Shown piece by piece: positions 29,197-39,341 of a stretch of DNA of 64,000 nt. Under the pieces are notes generated by a model, which did not search any database, was not told the DNA's origin, and saw only the letters and a program-made list of their open reading frames with translations. Source of the stretch: Spirochaetota bacterium (GTDB lineage Bacteria > Spirochaetota > UBA4802 > UBA5550). Where the stretch lies: positions 2,880,001 to 2,944,000 of the forward strand of contig OY760686.1 of assembly GCA_963663865.1 (NCBI GenBank). The letters are read 5' to 3'. The stretch's first letter is position 1. Every line of letters starts with the position of its first letter. Made by a program: the position numbers and the translations under genes.

Positions 29197-31089
29197 ATGA
29201 AATCTATTAACGAATCCATACAGAAAATCACCCAGGAGTCGATGAAGTCAATCGCTGATGTGGTGAGCCGCGGACAGAGTTCCGAGAAGGCAGTCCTTTC
29301 AGGATTGCTTTCTATAACTGGTATAGATTCACTGTTGAAAAACCTCAGCGAGAATGAGCTGACTGTACTTGCTCATGTTTACAGCGGTGACGATGGTATT
29401 ACACTCATTGACCTCGAAAAAAAGACCGGCATCTCCGTAGACATTCTTGACGCCTGCGCGGCTTCACTCTCCCAATATCTTCTCATCTACACAATTAAAA
29501 ACCGCCAGCTCCTCACAAACAAGCTCGATAAGCTTTATGGCATTGAAGAAATCGGTCCATTTATAAACTTTACTGATAACACTGAAATCGCAGCAGAGGC
29601 CGGCCGCATAAGAGATTCTCTTTGCTCTCCTGACTCAGGCAAAACCCCGCACGAGCCGCTTCTTAAGGACAAAAAAGCATTTCAGCTTCTGACAGAGACA
29701 ATAAAACTCGGCGGAGTCATCCCGTTAGAGAAGTCGGTTGAGCTCCTGGGGGCAGCCGCCGAATCGGCAATACAGAAATGCATCAACTCGGGGATACTGA
29801 AACACTGCAGCATCATCACCCCGGGCTACGGCACTTACTTCACAGTTTTTCCTGAATATGCTTCAGAGCTCCTTAAAAAGTCCTATAAAAAGCCTTCAAA
29901 AAGTTCGCCCCGAATCCATAACAGATACCGCATTCTGCTTAATCTCCTCAAAGCCTATGACTCAATATCAGGTAATGGCCTGTTTCTCACAAAGCAGATG
30001 AACTTCCGCAAGATTGACATAAAACGCATTGAGGACTCAATGTTGAGAATGATGCGGCTCGACGGCAGCAGCGTTCCCGCAGAGGATTCGGCCCTGTTTG
30101 TTTTATTCATTCTTTCCAGGCTTCAATGCCTGAAAGTCCGAAAGGATTCAGCTTCAATTTCTTTGAGGAAAATCAGGGATTACTTTGGAGCACCTTCTTC
30201 ACTAATAGCTGAAGTACTCGCAATTTTTGACTCCAATGATCCCAGGAACGATTATTTCCCGTCGCCCTTAAGAATCCCTGAAATGAGCGTGATTGACTGC
30301 AGTCTCGAAACAGCTGCTTTACTTCGTCAGGCTGACCCGGAATATCTCAAAACAGCCATCGTCTCCGGCCTTACAGCCATGCAGGGGAGAAAATTCGGAG
30401 AAACAGCTCCTCACACCAACCTGCCTCAGCAGGAGTCAGAGGACGCACTGGCCCTCCTGTTTCTCCTGGGAATCATCGAAGAGGAAGGCGGACAATTAAC
30501 TCTCTCGGACATCGGTGAAATGGTTTCTTCTGTAAGAAACAACGATTCCAGTGAATTGAAGCCGGAAGAGGAAGCAACGGATGGGGAGCAGCCTCCATCC
30601 TTTAAAAAGTGCGTCTACATAAACCCCGATTTCACGCTCATGGTTCCCTCGGAAGAGCTGCCATCCGATTCGCAATTCTTTCTTCTCACTCATACTGATA
30701 TTGAGAACGATGACGTGATAATAAACTGTACAATTACAAGATCATCAGTTGTGCAGGCCCAGAAGCGGGGCATTCCGATGGAGCTTTTCATGGACAGCCT
30801 GGAAAAACATGCGAGGAACAAAATACCGCAAAATCTAAGCTTCCTGATACAGGAATGGTCAAGACAGACAATAAGAATTGACATCAACAACACCATACTG
30901 CTCCGAACGAGTCATCCCTCGTTCATTCAGGACATACTTCTGAGCAAGAAGAAGAAGGCAATAATAGAACAAATCTCTCCTAACTATGCCATCGTCGACA
31001 GAAATCATCTTGATGATATTATAAAGATCGCCCGGACTGGAGATACGGTTGTCTCGCTCTTTGAAGGCGAAGAAGATGAAGACGACTGA
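29197..31089 (+). CDS. helicase-associated (XPB/Ssl2 N-terminal, Helicase_C_3-like) domain protein
   Basis: YINPDFTLMV...ITRSSVVQAQKRG...LEKHARNKIPQNLSFLIQEW; no Walker motifs seen. Confidence 0.75.
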   Translation: MKSINESIQKITQESMKSIADVVSRGQSSEKAVLSGLLSITGIDSLLKNLSENELTVLAHVYSGDDGITLIDLEKKTGISVDILDACAASLSQYLLIYTIKNRQLLTNKLDKLYGIEEIGPFINFTDNTEIAAEAGRIRDSLCSPDSGKTPHEPLLKDKKAFQLLTETIKLGGVIPLEKSVELLGAAAESAIQKCINSGILKHCSIITPGYGTYFTVFPEYASELLKKSYKKPSKSSPRIHNRYRILLNLLKAYDSISGNGLFLTKQMNFRKIDIKRIEDSMLRMMRLDGSSVPAEDSALFVLFILSRLQCLKVRKDSASISLRKIRDYFGAPSSLIAEVLAIFDSNDPRNDYFPSPLRIPEMSVIDCSLETAALLRQADPEYLKTAIVSGLTAMQGRKFGETAPHTNLPQQESEDALALLFLLGIIEEEGGQLTLSDIGEMVSSVRNNDSSELKPEEEATDGEQPPSFKKCVYINPDFTLMVPSEELPSDSQFFLLTHTDIENDDVIINCTITRSSVVQAQKRGIPMELFMDSLEKHARNKIPQNLSFLIQEWSRQTIRIDINNTILLRTSHPSFIQDILLSKKKKAIIEQISPNYAIVDRNHLDDIIKIARTGDTVVSLFEGEEDEDD

Positions 31090-31356
31090 TTAGATTACAA
31101 CTACTCTTCTTGGAAAATCCCAGTCCATATACTCCTGCAAAGCCCTTATCGTTTTATCCTGCACAAAGTATAGCTTGTCGTTAAGCTTTACAAGTCCTCC
31201 CTTGTAGTGTGTGTACTTCATCTGATGATCAACCCAGCCGATCAGCTCAACCTTTTTCCAATTTGAGGTCGTTTTCAGAATTGGCAGCTTCCTGAGATAA
31301 AGCTCTTTGATTTGCCCGTTTCTTACCGCATCCGATAACTGTCTTTCCCATTCCAT
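31090..31356 (-). CDS. conserved-looking hypothetical protein, 88 aa
   Basis: Clean ORF with normal composition directly downstream of the 31387 gene. Confidence 0.65.
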   Translation of the reverse strand: MEWERQLSDAVRNGQIKELYLRKLPILKTTSNWKKVELIGWVDHQMKYTHYKGGLVKLNDKLYFVQDKTIRALQEYMDWDFPRRVVVI

Positions 31357-31386
31357 TATTAAGCAATGCCGTCCTGATTTAGCGAT

Positions 31387-32283
31387 TTAATTAGTACTTC
31401 TGCTTTCTTCTGCTTTAAGCTGGCGTATTTCCTCCAGAAGGCGTTCAATTTCACCCGAAAGGGTCTGATTAAGCTTTTTCTCCCTTTTAAGCTCTTCGTG
31501 AAGATTCAGGGCTTCCTGCCGGCCGAACTCGATGACCTTCTCTGAAGCTTCGAGTATATCAAGGGTGTCATGGAGCATGTGAGAAGAATAGTCAATAACG
31601 GATTCCTGAGCGTTAATTGTCTCTTTGTCATTAAGCATCTCCTTCCGCCTGAGACTCGCAAGCATGTCTTCAGCATCGACTCTCCTTCGCATATCAAACA
31701 GCTCCTCAGGGTCAAGCGGCGCCACCTGGTCAATCGCCTTTTTCAGCTTTTTCTGCTCTTTAACTATTTTCTGTTCGTACTCCATAATCTTGCTGAAACC
31801 GTCCTTTCCGGCGCCGGTTTTAAAAACGTTTTTCCGGTTTATACCCATTACCCCTTCTATTGATTCCATCTGAGATTCAGTTTCCCTTGAGCAGGCAAAC
31901 ATGAGCTTTCGGTAACGCTCAACGAGGATTGACTTTTCAAACAGGAGGAGAAACATTGACGAATCAACAGGTCTCGGTAAAAATTCTATGTGAAGAATAT
32001 TGTAGGACAGATCAGCTACTGCTTTTATCTGTTTTTTTGTAAAAATACAAAGCTTAAAGCAGCCCTGTATCCTGATATCTTTCTTTATGACTTCGATAAT
32101 CGTCTCAGAGTCAAGCTGAGCAAAATCAAAAATGAAAATATTGATTTTCTCAGAGTCAATGTTGAGTTCAGACATGTTTAGACCGTTAACAGAATGAACC
32201 TCAAGCCCGAGCCTCCGTATATTACGGTCAAGTCCCTCTCCGCTGTCCTGGTCTGATAAATACCACGTAATAATCTGTTCCAT
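31387..32283 (-). CDS. degenerate receiver-like domain plus long coiled coil
   Basis: ATG at 32283 after GGGGG; IFIFD and EFLPRPV receiver-like strands; heptad-rich C-terminus. Confidence 0.6.
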   Translation of the reverse strand: MEQIITWYLSDQDSGEGLDRNIRRLGLEVHSVNGLNMSELNIDSEKINIFIFDFAQLDSETIIEVIKKDIRIQGCFKLCIFTKKQIKAVADLSYNILHIEFLPRPVDSSMFLLLFEKSILVERYRKLMFACSRETESQMESIEGVMGINRKNVFKTGAGKDGFSKIMEYEQKIVKEQKKLKKAIDQVAPLDPEELFDMRRRVDAEDMLASLRRKEMLNDKETINAQESVIDYSSHMLHDTLDILEASEKVIEFGRQEALNLHEELKREKKLNQTLSGEIERLLEEIRQLKAEESRSTN

Positions 32284-32406
32284 CCGAATATCCCCCCTGC
32301 CGGGTTCCTGACCACACAGCCGTGGAACCCGAAAGAACAACAAAAGAATATTATTGACGCTATCTCAATAATATTACAACAACTTTTCAATATTTATCAC
32401 GAGTAA

Positions 32407-32610
32407 TCACAGCCGGCCGACTAACAGAACCATCAGGGTATAGCGCGCGCTAAACGACTGTTCTACGTACGCTGGTATTACGCAGGAATCCCTGACTACA
32501 CGGCTCTCCGGATAGCCTGACCACGCACGCTGAAAATCAGAACATTCATTCAACGCCTTTAACCTTAACCCGGGCCGAACACGCACTCTCATAGAATTGT
32601 GCCCGGCCGT
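32407..32610 (-). ncRNA. candidate structured non-coding RNA (possibly 6S-like)
   Basis: Nested stems with G-U pairs favouring the minus strand: GGUCAGGCUA/UAGUCGGCC, GAGCCG/UGGUUC, UCAGGG/CCCUGA, CUGCGUA/UACGUAG; upstream hairpin GCCGGGCAC/GUGUUCGGC. Confidence 0.4.
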
Positions 32611-32660
32611 TATTCAGGAAACCGTTAACGAAACACGTGTAACTGGCGGGAAAACTGATG

Positions 32661-32927
32661 CTATTCGTAGGAGACCCGGCAGGATCCGTCAGCGCTTCTC
32701 TCCAGAAAAACGGTACCAGCCATTTCCCTTACAGGGACAACAGCCGTGTTCTCTATATCAACCGAATTGCTGTCTTCCAGAAATTGCCTGATCAGTTCTA
32801 TCTGGCGGTCAATTCTTCCTTCGGTATCATCCTCTGAAAAGAACCTTTCCATAAGTTTTTCATACTCCATCTCGGCGGCTGTTTTTATGCAACCGCAGTC
32901 GAGAGACAGGGCTACCCTCTCTGACAT
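32661..32927 (-). CDS. hypothetical protein, 88 aa
   Basis: ATG with AGGAG RBS; acidic helical protein with a CGC motif. Confidence 0.6.
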   Translation of the reverse strand: MSERVALSLDCGCIKTAAEMEYEKLMERFFSEDDTEGRIDRQIELIRQFLEDSNSVDIENTAVVPVREMAGTVFLERSADGSCRVSYE

Positions 32928-33235
32928 AATACTGCTCCTTCAAAAAATTGACTTAATAAAAACCGTGACAATATTATTACAAGATTATTTTTTATTTTTC
33001 CGCATTACACCGCTTTTTTCTACAGCCCGTGCAGCCAGATCAGCCCGAGCGCGGGGTTCGTAGAAAAAAAACACTCGCAATATATCCCCATCTTATGATA
33101 TAAAATAATGTAATTTCTATCCGTATATATTCAAATTTGAAATCAGGATTCTTATAGCAAATGATATTTTTTTCTTGTCACATAACAGCCCGACCAAAAA
33201 AATGTCCGGAGAATACCGACAAGCGGAGAAAAATT

Positions 33236-34273
33236 TTGCTCAAAATAAACCATATCGCCAGAATTTTCCTGGCATCACTGCTCATGGTGGTGGCAGTAGG
33301 ACATAATAAAAACCTGTTTTCATGGGGACTGTTCACCCTTTTCACGGACACTGACTACAGTTCCGAGAGCGTAAAAAAAATCGAGGAGTTCAATCCCGAC
33401 GAAGACATACTCTATCTTCCAGGACTGGAGGGCAAAGAACTCTTTGCCGCGGTAAACGACCTCTCCATTACAAGAAAAACCGAGGTGCGCAAATTCATAT
33501 ATATCTATCTGACCCGGGGACGTGAGTACGTAAAAAACGCCATTGAGAGATCAAACCTCTACATGGATACCATAATGGGTGTAATCTCTAGCCATCCGGA
33601 GATACCGGCAGAAATCGCACTTCTGCCGCTTCTTGAAAGCGGTTTCAATCCAAGGGCCGTATCAAAAAGCAGGGCCGTGGGGCTCTGGCAGTTTATTCCG
33701 GGAACCTCAGCACTGCTCGGCCTCAAAAACGACAGGTGGGTCGACGAGAGAAGGAATATCCGCAAATCAACCGAGGCCGCAGTCAGACACCTCAAAGGAT
33801 TGTACTCTGTTTACGGTAATTGGGAACTCGCGCTTGCCGCCTACAACGGCGGAGCGGGTTATATCTCAAAAATGCTGAAAAAAACCGGAACATCAGACCT
33901 CTGGGATCTCAGAGAAACAGGCGAGCTCAAAAAAGAAACCGATGAATACGTTCCACGTTTCATAGCAATGCTTCTCATATACAAGAACCAGAAAATGTTC
34001 GGAATAAGCGGAGAACTCCAGGAAACTGAACCGTTAGATCCAGTCACTGTAAAGCTTACAAGGCAGGTCAATCTTAAAAGGCTTTCCGCAGCCCTTAAGC
34101 TTGACTATCAGACGCTCAGACTTTACAATCCCGAACTAAACAGGATTCTAACTCCACCTGTGAAATCATACGCGCTCAGGCTCCCCAGGGAAGCGGCTGA
34201 GCTTTTCATGAAAGATCCGGACAGGCATATCGCTCTATCCACGGTAAAAGGAGCAGTAAAATCCCGAATCTGA
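33236..34273 (+). CDS. MltD-like lytic transglycosylase (SLT domain)
   Basis: TTG after GGAG; LPLLESGFNP, AVGLWQFIP, LALAAYNGG, ETDEYVPRF, YNPEL. Confidence 0.88.
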   Translation: MLKINHIARIFLASLLMVVAVGHNKNLFSWGLFTLFTDTDYSSESVKKIEEFNPDEDILYLPGLEGKELFAAVNDLSITRKTEVRKFIYIYLTRGREYVKNAIERSNLYMDTIMGVISSHPEIPAEIALLPLLESGFNPRAVSKSRAVGLWQFIPGTSALLGLKNDRWVDERRNIRKSTEAAVRHLKGLYSVYGNWELALAAYNGGAGYISKMLKKTGTSDLWDLRETGELKKETDEYVPRFIAMLLIYKNQKMFGISGELQETEPLDPVTVKLTRQVNLKRLSAALKLDYQTLRLYNPELNRILTPPVKSYALRLPREAAELFMKDPDRHIALSTVKGAVKSRI

Positions 34274-34474
34274 CAGGTGGAGCTTAAAGCTCCCCTGCTC
34301 AAGTTTCCGTAACAAAATAAACATGCCATACCTCTGAAATACTGTATTTTAATTATTTCTTGACATATCCTCTAAACATGCCTGATACTATAAGGCGGTA
34401 GCAATCCGCCGGACACATTCACATCAGAAAGCACAATGCCTTTCCCGGCCTGATTTTTTGCGTGTAAGAGTGTA

Positions 34475-35776
34475 TTGATGAACTACAGGTTCTCACCCCT
34501 TTTCAGGAAGCTGCGAATCCTCATACCGCCGGCAGCAGCCGCCTCTGCGATCCCGCTTTCAGTTCTTCTACATAACAGCGGTAATTCTCTCGCTAATTCT
34601 GTGTTCCCGTCAGATTTCCATATACCGGAGATTCTGGCGGCATTAATCTGCGGAACCGCGGCTTTTATTGCCGCTTATCCGGCACACAGATTCCGCGAAC
34701 AGGTCAGCAGGCGCATCAGCACCGGGACCGGGGGGACGGGTTTATCCCCCGACAATCGCAATGATCCAGTCGAAACACTCAAAGCTCTCGACAGCTTAAC
34801 GGCTCACGCACGGAAATCAGTCAGCTCAGCGCCGCGCCTTGAAAGCCTTCTTGGCGGCTTCAGCGAATTTTCTGGTGCTGCGGTGCAAAACACCGAAGAT
34901 ACCTTTGAAAACCTGAAAAGGCAGGCAATTTCAATTATCGACCTTTCCGCCTCAATCGAATTCATTGTCAAAGGAATAGACGATGTCGGAGGAAAAACAT
35001 CGGCAATGTCATCAGAGCTCCAGATGTTAGTCAACTTGATACACAATCTCTCCTCCACCGCGCAGGAGCTTGGAGAGAAGATTGACTCTGCTGTAGCTTC
35101 GGCAAGGCTTGTATCAGCGGAGGCCATTGAAAGCCAGAGCCGCCTGAACTCCGCAACCCGTGAAATGCTCAACGTGATAGAAAACTCAAGGATGATAGGC
35201 GAATCGCTTTCAGTGATCAATGACGTCTCAGACAGGATAAACCTGCTTGCCCTGAACGCTGCCATAGAGGCCGCTCGCGCCGGAAACAGCGGACGCGGAT
35301 TCGCGGTAGTTGCCGATGAAATATCCAAGCTCGCCGACCAGACAGCTGAAAGCGTCAATGAGATCACGCGCCTCCTGGCAGGAAACAGCTTTGACCTTGA
35401 GAAGAAGACTATAACCATACAGAACGCCGTCCACAAGACCGGCGATATCATGAAAAAAATCGAAACGCTTCACAATGAGATCGGAAAAATCGCGCACTCA
35501 ATAAAGGATCAGGCAACCTTGAACAGCATTATATCCAATGAGGCTGCCAAAATAAACACTACCTCCGACGCTATAGAAACCGCGACAATGGAGCAGAAAC
35601 TCGCGGTATATGAAATACTCACGAAGGTTAACGACATCAATGATATTTACAAGATAATTGTTCCCCTGATTAAAGACACGATATCGCGCAAAAACAGAGT
35701 AGAACACGACATCGCGCTTTTAAACGACATCAGGATGGAATTCACTTCAATCCGTCCTGAGATAAGTAAAAAATAA
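34475..35776 (+). CDS. methyl-accepting chemotaxis protein
   Basis: [33 protein letters not shown]; two N-terminal hydrophobic segments. Confidence 0.9.
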   Translation: MMNYRFSPLFRKLRILIPPAAAASAIPLSVLLHNSGNSLANSVFPSDFHIPEILAALICGTAAFIAAYPAHRFREQVSRRISTGTGGTGLSPDNRNDPVETLKALDSLTAHARKSVSSAPRLESLLGGFSEFSGAAVQNTEDTFENLKRQAISIIDLSASIEFIVKGIDDVGGKTSAMSSELQMLVNLIHNLSSTAQELGEKIDSAVASARLVSAEAIESQSRLNSATREMLNVIENSRMIGESLSVINDVSDRINLLALNAAIEAARAGNSGRGFAVVADEISKLADQTAESVNEITRLLAGNSFDLEKKTITIQNAVHKTGDIMKKIETLHNEIGKIAHSIKDQATLNSIISNEAAKINTTSDAIETATMEQKLAVYEILTKVNDINDIYKIIVPLIKDTISRKNRVEHDIALLNDIRMEFTSIRPEISKK

Positions 35777-35821
35777 TCTTGACGCGGCTTCCGCCGGTGA
35801 AATCAATACCTCAATAAATCC

Positions 35822-38254
35822 ATGATGACAGAAACGGTCCCAGCTATGCATCACTCCATATCGGACCGGGTGCTGGAGGTCCTTGAGTGGCCGGCCGTTG
35901 CGGCTGCTCTCAAATCGCGCTGCTCTTCAGAACCCGGGAAAAAACACATAACAAATCTGAAACCGCTTACCCCATCCGAATCGTCTGTGCGGATGAGCAA
36001 GATTTCAGCTCTTAAAGAGATAAGCACTCTTCACGAATCTGTTCCGCTCGCGGGAATATCAGATATTCAGCCCTTAGCTGACAGAGCGTCAAAGGGCTCA
36101 TCTCTGACACTTGAAGAGCTTATACAGATAAGGGATTTCGTCGTCGGCACACGCAGAATCAGGCATTTTCTTTCTGAATTTGTCGACGAGTACGAGCCGC
36201 TAAGGGATGAGTATGAGAACCTCGACCCTCTTGACAGGCTCCACTCGGCGCTCATCCCCGCTATTAACGACAACGGAGAACTGTCAGAGCAGAGATACCC
36301 CCGGCTCAGAAAGCTAAAACAGCAGGCCGCCGCGGCGCGTTCCGACATAGAGAAAAAGCTCACTTCTATGATAAACTCTCCGGCCCTTGAAAAGGTGCTT
36401 CAGGAGAAAATAATAACATCAGTAAATCAACGCTATGTTCTGCTGGTCAAATCAGGCATGAAGGGCCGGATGAACGGAACCGTTCAGGATGTTTCCGCCA
36501 GCGGTGCCACCCTCTACTACGAGCCGGACGAGGTAAAAGCCCTCAACAACAGCATCATCATGCTCGAGATGGAGTATCAGAATGAAGTCCTCTTAATACT
36601 GAGAGAGCTTTCAGCGGTTACAGGAGAGCACTCCCCCGCACTCAGGCAAAACCTTGAAATTGCATCTTACATCGACTTTCTGAACGCCTGCGCCCGTTTC
36701 AGCGCCGCGACAGGCGCCTCCGCACCAAAAATAGCCGGTGACAGAAGGATATCGCTGAAGAACGCCAAACACCCCCTGCTCTGCCTCCAGAACACAAATG
36801 AGACAGTCGGCAATGACATCTCCCTCGGCGAAGACTTTAACTGCCTCATAATATCGGGGGCAAACACAGGCGGCAAAACAGTTCTTCTTAAGACAATCGG
36901 CCTCGCGGTGCTTTTCGCGTTAACAGGACTTCACGTAACCTGCGGACCCGATTCCGAGATAGGCATCTTCGACGGAATATTAGCTGATATAGGAGACGAC
37001 CAGAGCCTCCAGATGTCACTCTCCACATTTTCCGGCCAGATCGTCATTATTGGAGAAATGCTGCGAAAGGCCACACCCCGGACTCTCATTCTCATAGATG
37101 AAATCATTGTAGGGACAAACCCCAGGCAGGGCGCCGCGTTAGCTCAGTCAATACTTGAGCATCTTGCCGCGACGGACAGTCTGGTGGTCGCAACGACGCA
37201 TTACACCGAGCTGAAGGAGTTAGCCTCCTCCGAAAGCGGGCGCTTCCGGAACGCTTCGGTCTCCTTCGACCTTGAGACACTGAGGCCGGCGTACCGCCTT
37301 GTTATGGGGCTGCCGGGAGTAAGCTATGCCGTTGAGATTGCGCGCAACTACGGCATTCCTGAAACCGTGCTGAAAAGGGCTATTGAGCTTACAGACAGCA
37401 GAGACCTCTCAGTGGAAGCCCTGCTTGAGGAAACACAGCGGTTCCGGAGCCGCATGGAAGAGGAATCAAGCAGAATTGAAGAGCTCAAGAAACATTACAG
37501 AGCTGAAAAAATGCGTCTCGAAGAAGAACAGCGCAGGCTTGCGGAGCTTACGCTCAGAGTAAAAAACAAAGAGGGCATTGAATTCCTCGAAGAACTTGAA
37601 AAATACCGGGGCAAAGTAGCCGCGAAGATAGCTGAGCTTCAGCAGGCAGACCTCAAGGACGCGGGCAGCCTTCAGAAAGAGCTCATTGAAATAGAAAGCG
37701 AAATCAGCGGCCGGCTGCAGAAACAGCAAAGGGAATCCGTTGAATCTCAATACCGAAGGCTCACACCTGAAGAAACAGCGCCCGGCAAAAGAGTGTATGT
37801 GCTTCAGCTTGAAAAAGACGGCGTTATTGAGGACGTCGACTCCTCAGGAAAGACTGCGCAAATTCTCTTTGGAGGCAGCATAAGGGCCCGCTTCAAAACC
37901 GAAGAGCTTTACTACATCCCTGACAGGGCAGGTTCATCGGCCTCTGCCCCCAGGCCGGCCCCGCGCGTTCAGGTTTCGTCCTCAATAGGCACCACGGTCC
38001 AGACAAGCTACAACACAATCGACCTGCGCGGATGCCGGGTCGACGAAGCCCTGAACAGAATGGAAGCCGGCCTCGACCGGATGACAGGGGAAGGAATATC
38101 GACGGCAATCGTCATTCACGGCCACGGAACCGGCGCGCTGAAACAGGCGGTGAGAGACTACCTGAAGACTTCGACATATGCCGCTGATTTCAGAAGCGGC
38201 GAAACCGGAGAAGGCGGAGACGGCGTTACTGTGTTAAGAATACGCAACGTTTGA
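35822..38254 (+). CDS. mutS2: endonuclease MutS2
   Basis: GANTGGKT, DIGDDQS, LSTFSG, LIDEI..GT, TTHY, C-terminal Smr IDLRG...IHGHGTG. Confidence 0.95.
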   Translation: MMTETVPAMHHSISDRVLEVLEWPAVAAALKSRCSSEPGKKHITNLKPLTPSESSVRMSKISALKEISTLHESVPLAGISDIQPLADRASKGSSLTLEELIQIRDFVVGTRRIRHFLSEFVDEYEPLRDEYENLDPLDRLHSALIPAINDNGELSEQRYPRLRKLKQQAAAARSDIEKKLTSMINSPALEKVLQEKIITSVNQRYVLLVKSGMKGRMNGTVQDVSASGATLYYEPDEVKALNNSIIMLEMEYQNEVLLILRELSAVTGEHSPALRQNLEIASYIDFLNACARFSAATGASAPKIAGDRRISLKNAKHPLLCLQNTNETVGNDISLGEDFNCLIISGANTGGKTVLLKTIGLAVLFALTGLHVTCGPDSEIGIFDGILADIGDDQSLQMSLSTFSGQIVIIGEMLRKATPRTLILIDEIIVGTNPRQGAALAQSILEHLAATDSLVVATTHYTELKELASSESGRFRNASVSFDLETLRPAYRLVMGLPGVSYAVEIARNYGIPETVLKRAIELTDSRDLSVEALLEETQRFRSRMEEESSRIEELKKHYRAEKMRLEEEQRRLAELTLRVKNKEGIEFLEELEKYRGKVAAKIAELQQADLKDAGSLQKELIEIESEISGRLQKQQRESVESQYRRLTPEETAPGKRVYVLQLEKDGVIEDVDSSGKTAQILFGGSIRARFKTEELYYIPDRAGSSASAPRPAPRVQVSSSIGTTVQTSYNTIDLRGCRVDEALNRMEAGLDRMTGEGISTAIVIHGHGTGALKQAVRDYLKTSTYAADFRSGETGEGGDGVTVLRIRNV

Positions 38255-38271
38255 GATCTGCCTGTGCTTCC

Positions 38272-38955
38272 CTATATCAGCGCCATGTTATAGGCGTATT
38301 TTACAAGGGCGACATCGCTGTTTATTCCAAGCTTCTGCATAATATTCGACTTGTGGTTTCTCACTGTTTTTTCGCTGATGCCGAGTTCGACCGCGATCTC
38401 CTTTGTACTGTGCTCTGAAACAATGAGCTTTAAAATCTGCATTTCGCGCCTGGTAAGAGGACTTGACGGGACTGCCGACGTCAGCTGCAGTACATCAGCG
38501 CTGTCCCTGTATTCGGGCGAAAGGTAAAAGGAATTTTCCGTCAGTATATGCGAGATGGCTTTTTTTAACTCACTCAGCCCCAGCCTCTTCGAAATGTAAC
38601 CGGCCGCCCCTACCCTGTAGGCCATCGAGACAAGCTGCTCGCTGAAGTACCCGGACAGCATAAGCACCCTGGTGGAAGGGCATTCGGTAAGAAGCCCTTC
38701 AGTGAGGTCAATACCGTTATTTTCCCCCAGATTTATATCCATCAGAACTACGCGGGGCTTCAGCTGCTTGATCTCCGCGATTGCCTGACCCGCCGAAAAG
38801 GAAAAACCGCAGACACTGTAACCCGGAATCGTCCCGAGCAGCAGAGAAAGCGACTCACACACAATCTCTTCATCATCAACTATATAAACATCAATTTCAT
38901 CGCTCTGCATGCCCTGAAACGCCATCTCCACCCGCCCTGATAAATACGCTTCCAC
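38272..38955 (-). CDS. NarL/FixJ family response regulator (REC + LuxR HTH)
   Basis: IVDD, LMDI, LTRREMQIL...STKEIAVELGISEKTVRNH. Confidence 0.92.
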   Translation of the reverse strand: MEAYLSGRVEMAFQGMQSDEIDVYIVDDEEIVCESLSLLLGTIPGYSVCGFSFSAGQAIAEIKQLKPRVVLMDINLGENNGIDLTEGLLTECPSTRVLMLSGYFSEQLVSMAYRVGAAGYISKRLGLSELKKAISHILTENSFYLSPEYRDSADVLQLTSAVPSSPLTRREMQILKLIVSEHSTKEIAVELGISEKTVRNHKSNIMQKLGINSDVALVKYAYNMALI

Positions 38956-39090
38956 CCGGTGCTCTATTTATGCATCAAATGATAATAATGTCCAATTTGC
39001 CTCAAAGTCAATAGGCAAGTATCACGGTTAGATAAAATTAAAAGCTGTAATTAAGAATAGCCCGCTCCCCATGATCCACGGCTAAACATT

Positions 39091-39165
39091 CGGGCGTGTC
39101 CCCGCCGGAGGCGGGGCCGGGCTTTCCCTTCAGGCCTTCGGCCTTACGGTCAATCCCTCACGCGG
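39091..39165. repeat. REP-like GC-rich palindromic intergenic element
   Basis: CGGGCGTGTCCCCCGCCGGAGGCGGGGCCGGGCTTTCC...AGGCCTTCGGCCT...CAATCCCTCACGCG with stacked hairpins; single copy in the window. Confidence 0.45.
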
Positions 39166-39341
39166 TGCCGTCAATAACAGCATAATGGCCGGCTTATATG
39201 AGGAACCGCCCGCCAAACACAACCGGTTCGGCAAATCAGACATATACACACTATACGAGTAAAAACAGGGACAGATTTAACAAAAAAAACTGTGGATATA
39301 AAAAAAAGATGGAGAAACAGATCAAATACCCCAAAAACCTG

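Noticed and set aside
32430-32510. Group II intron domain V (GAGCCGUGU) or TPP 3' half (UAAUACCAGCGUA)
   Set aside because: Only short motif matches; the short DV hairpin with domain VI, and the UGAGA-containing half in the right position, are absent
34804-35451. 215-aa minus-strand ORF and similar long antisense ORFs (47278..47868, 62378..63142)
   Set aside because: Antisense shadows of well-supported genes (MCP, RND, kinase) with no recognisable motifs
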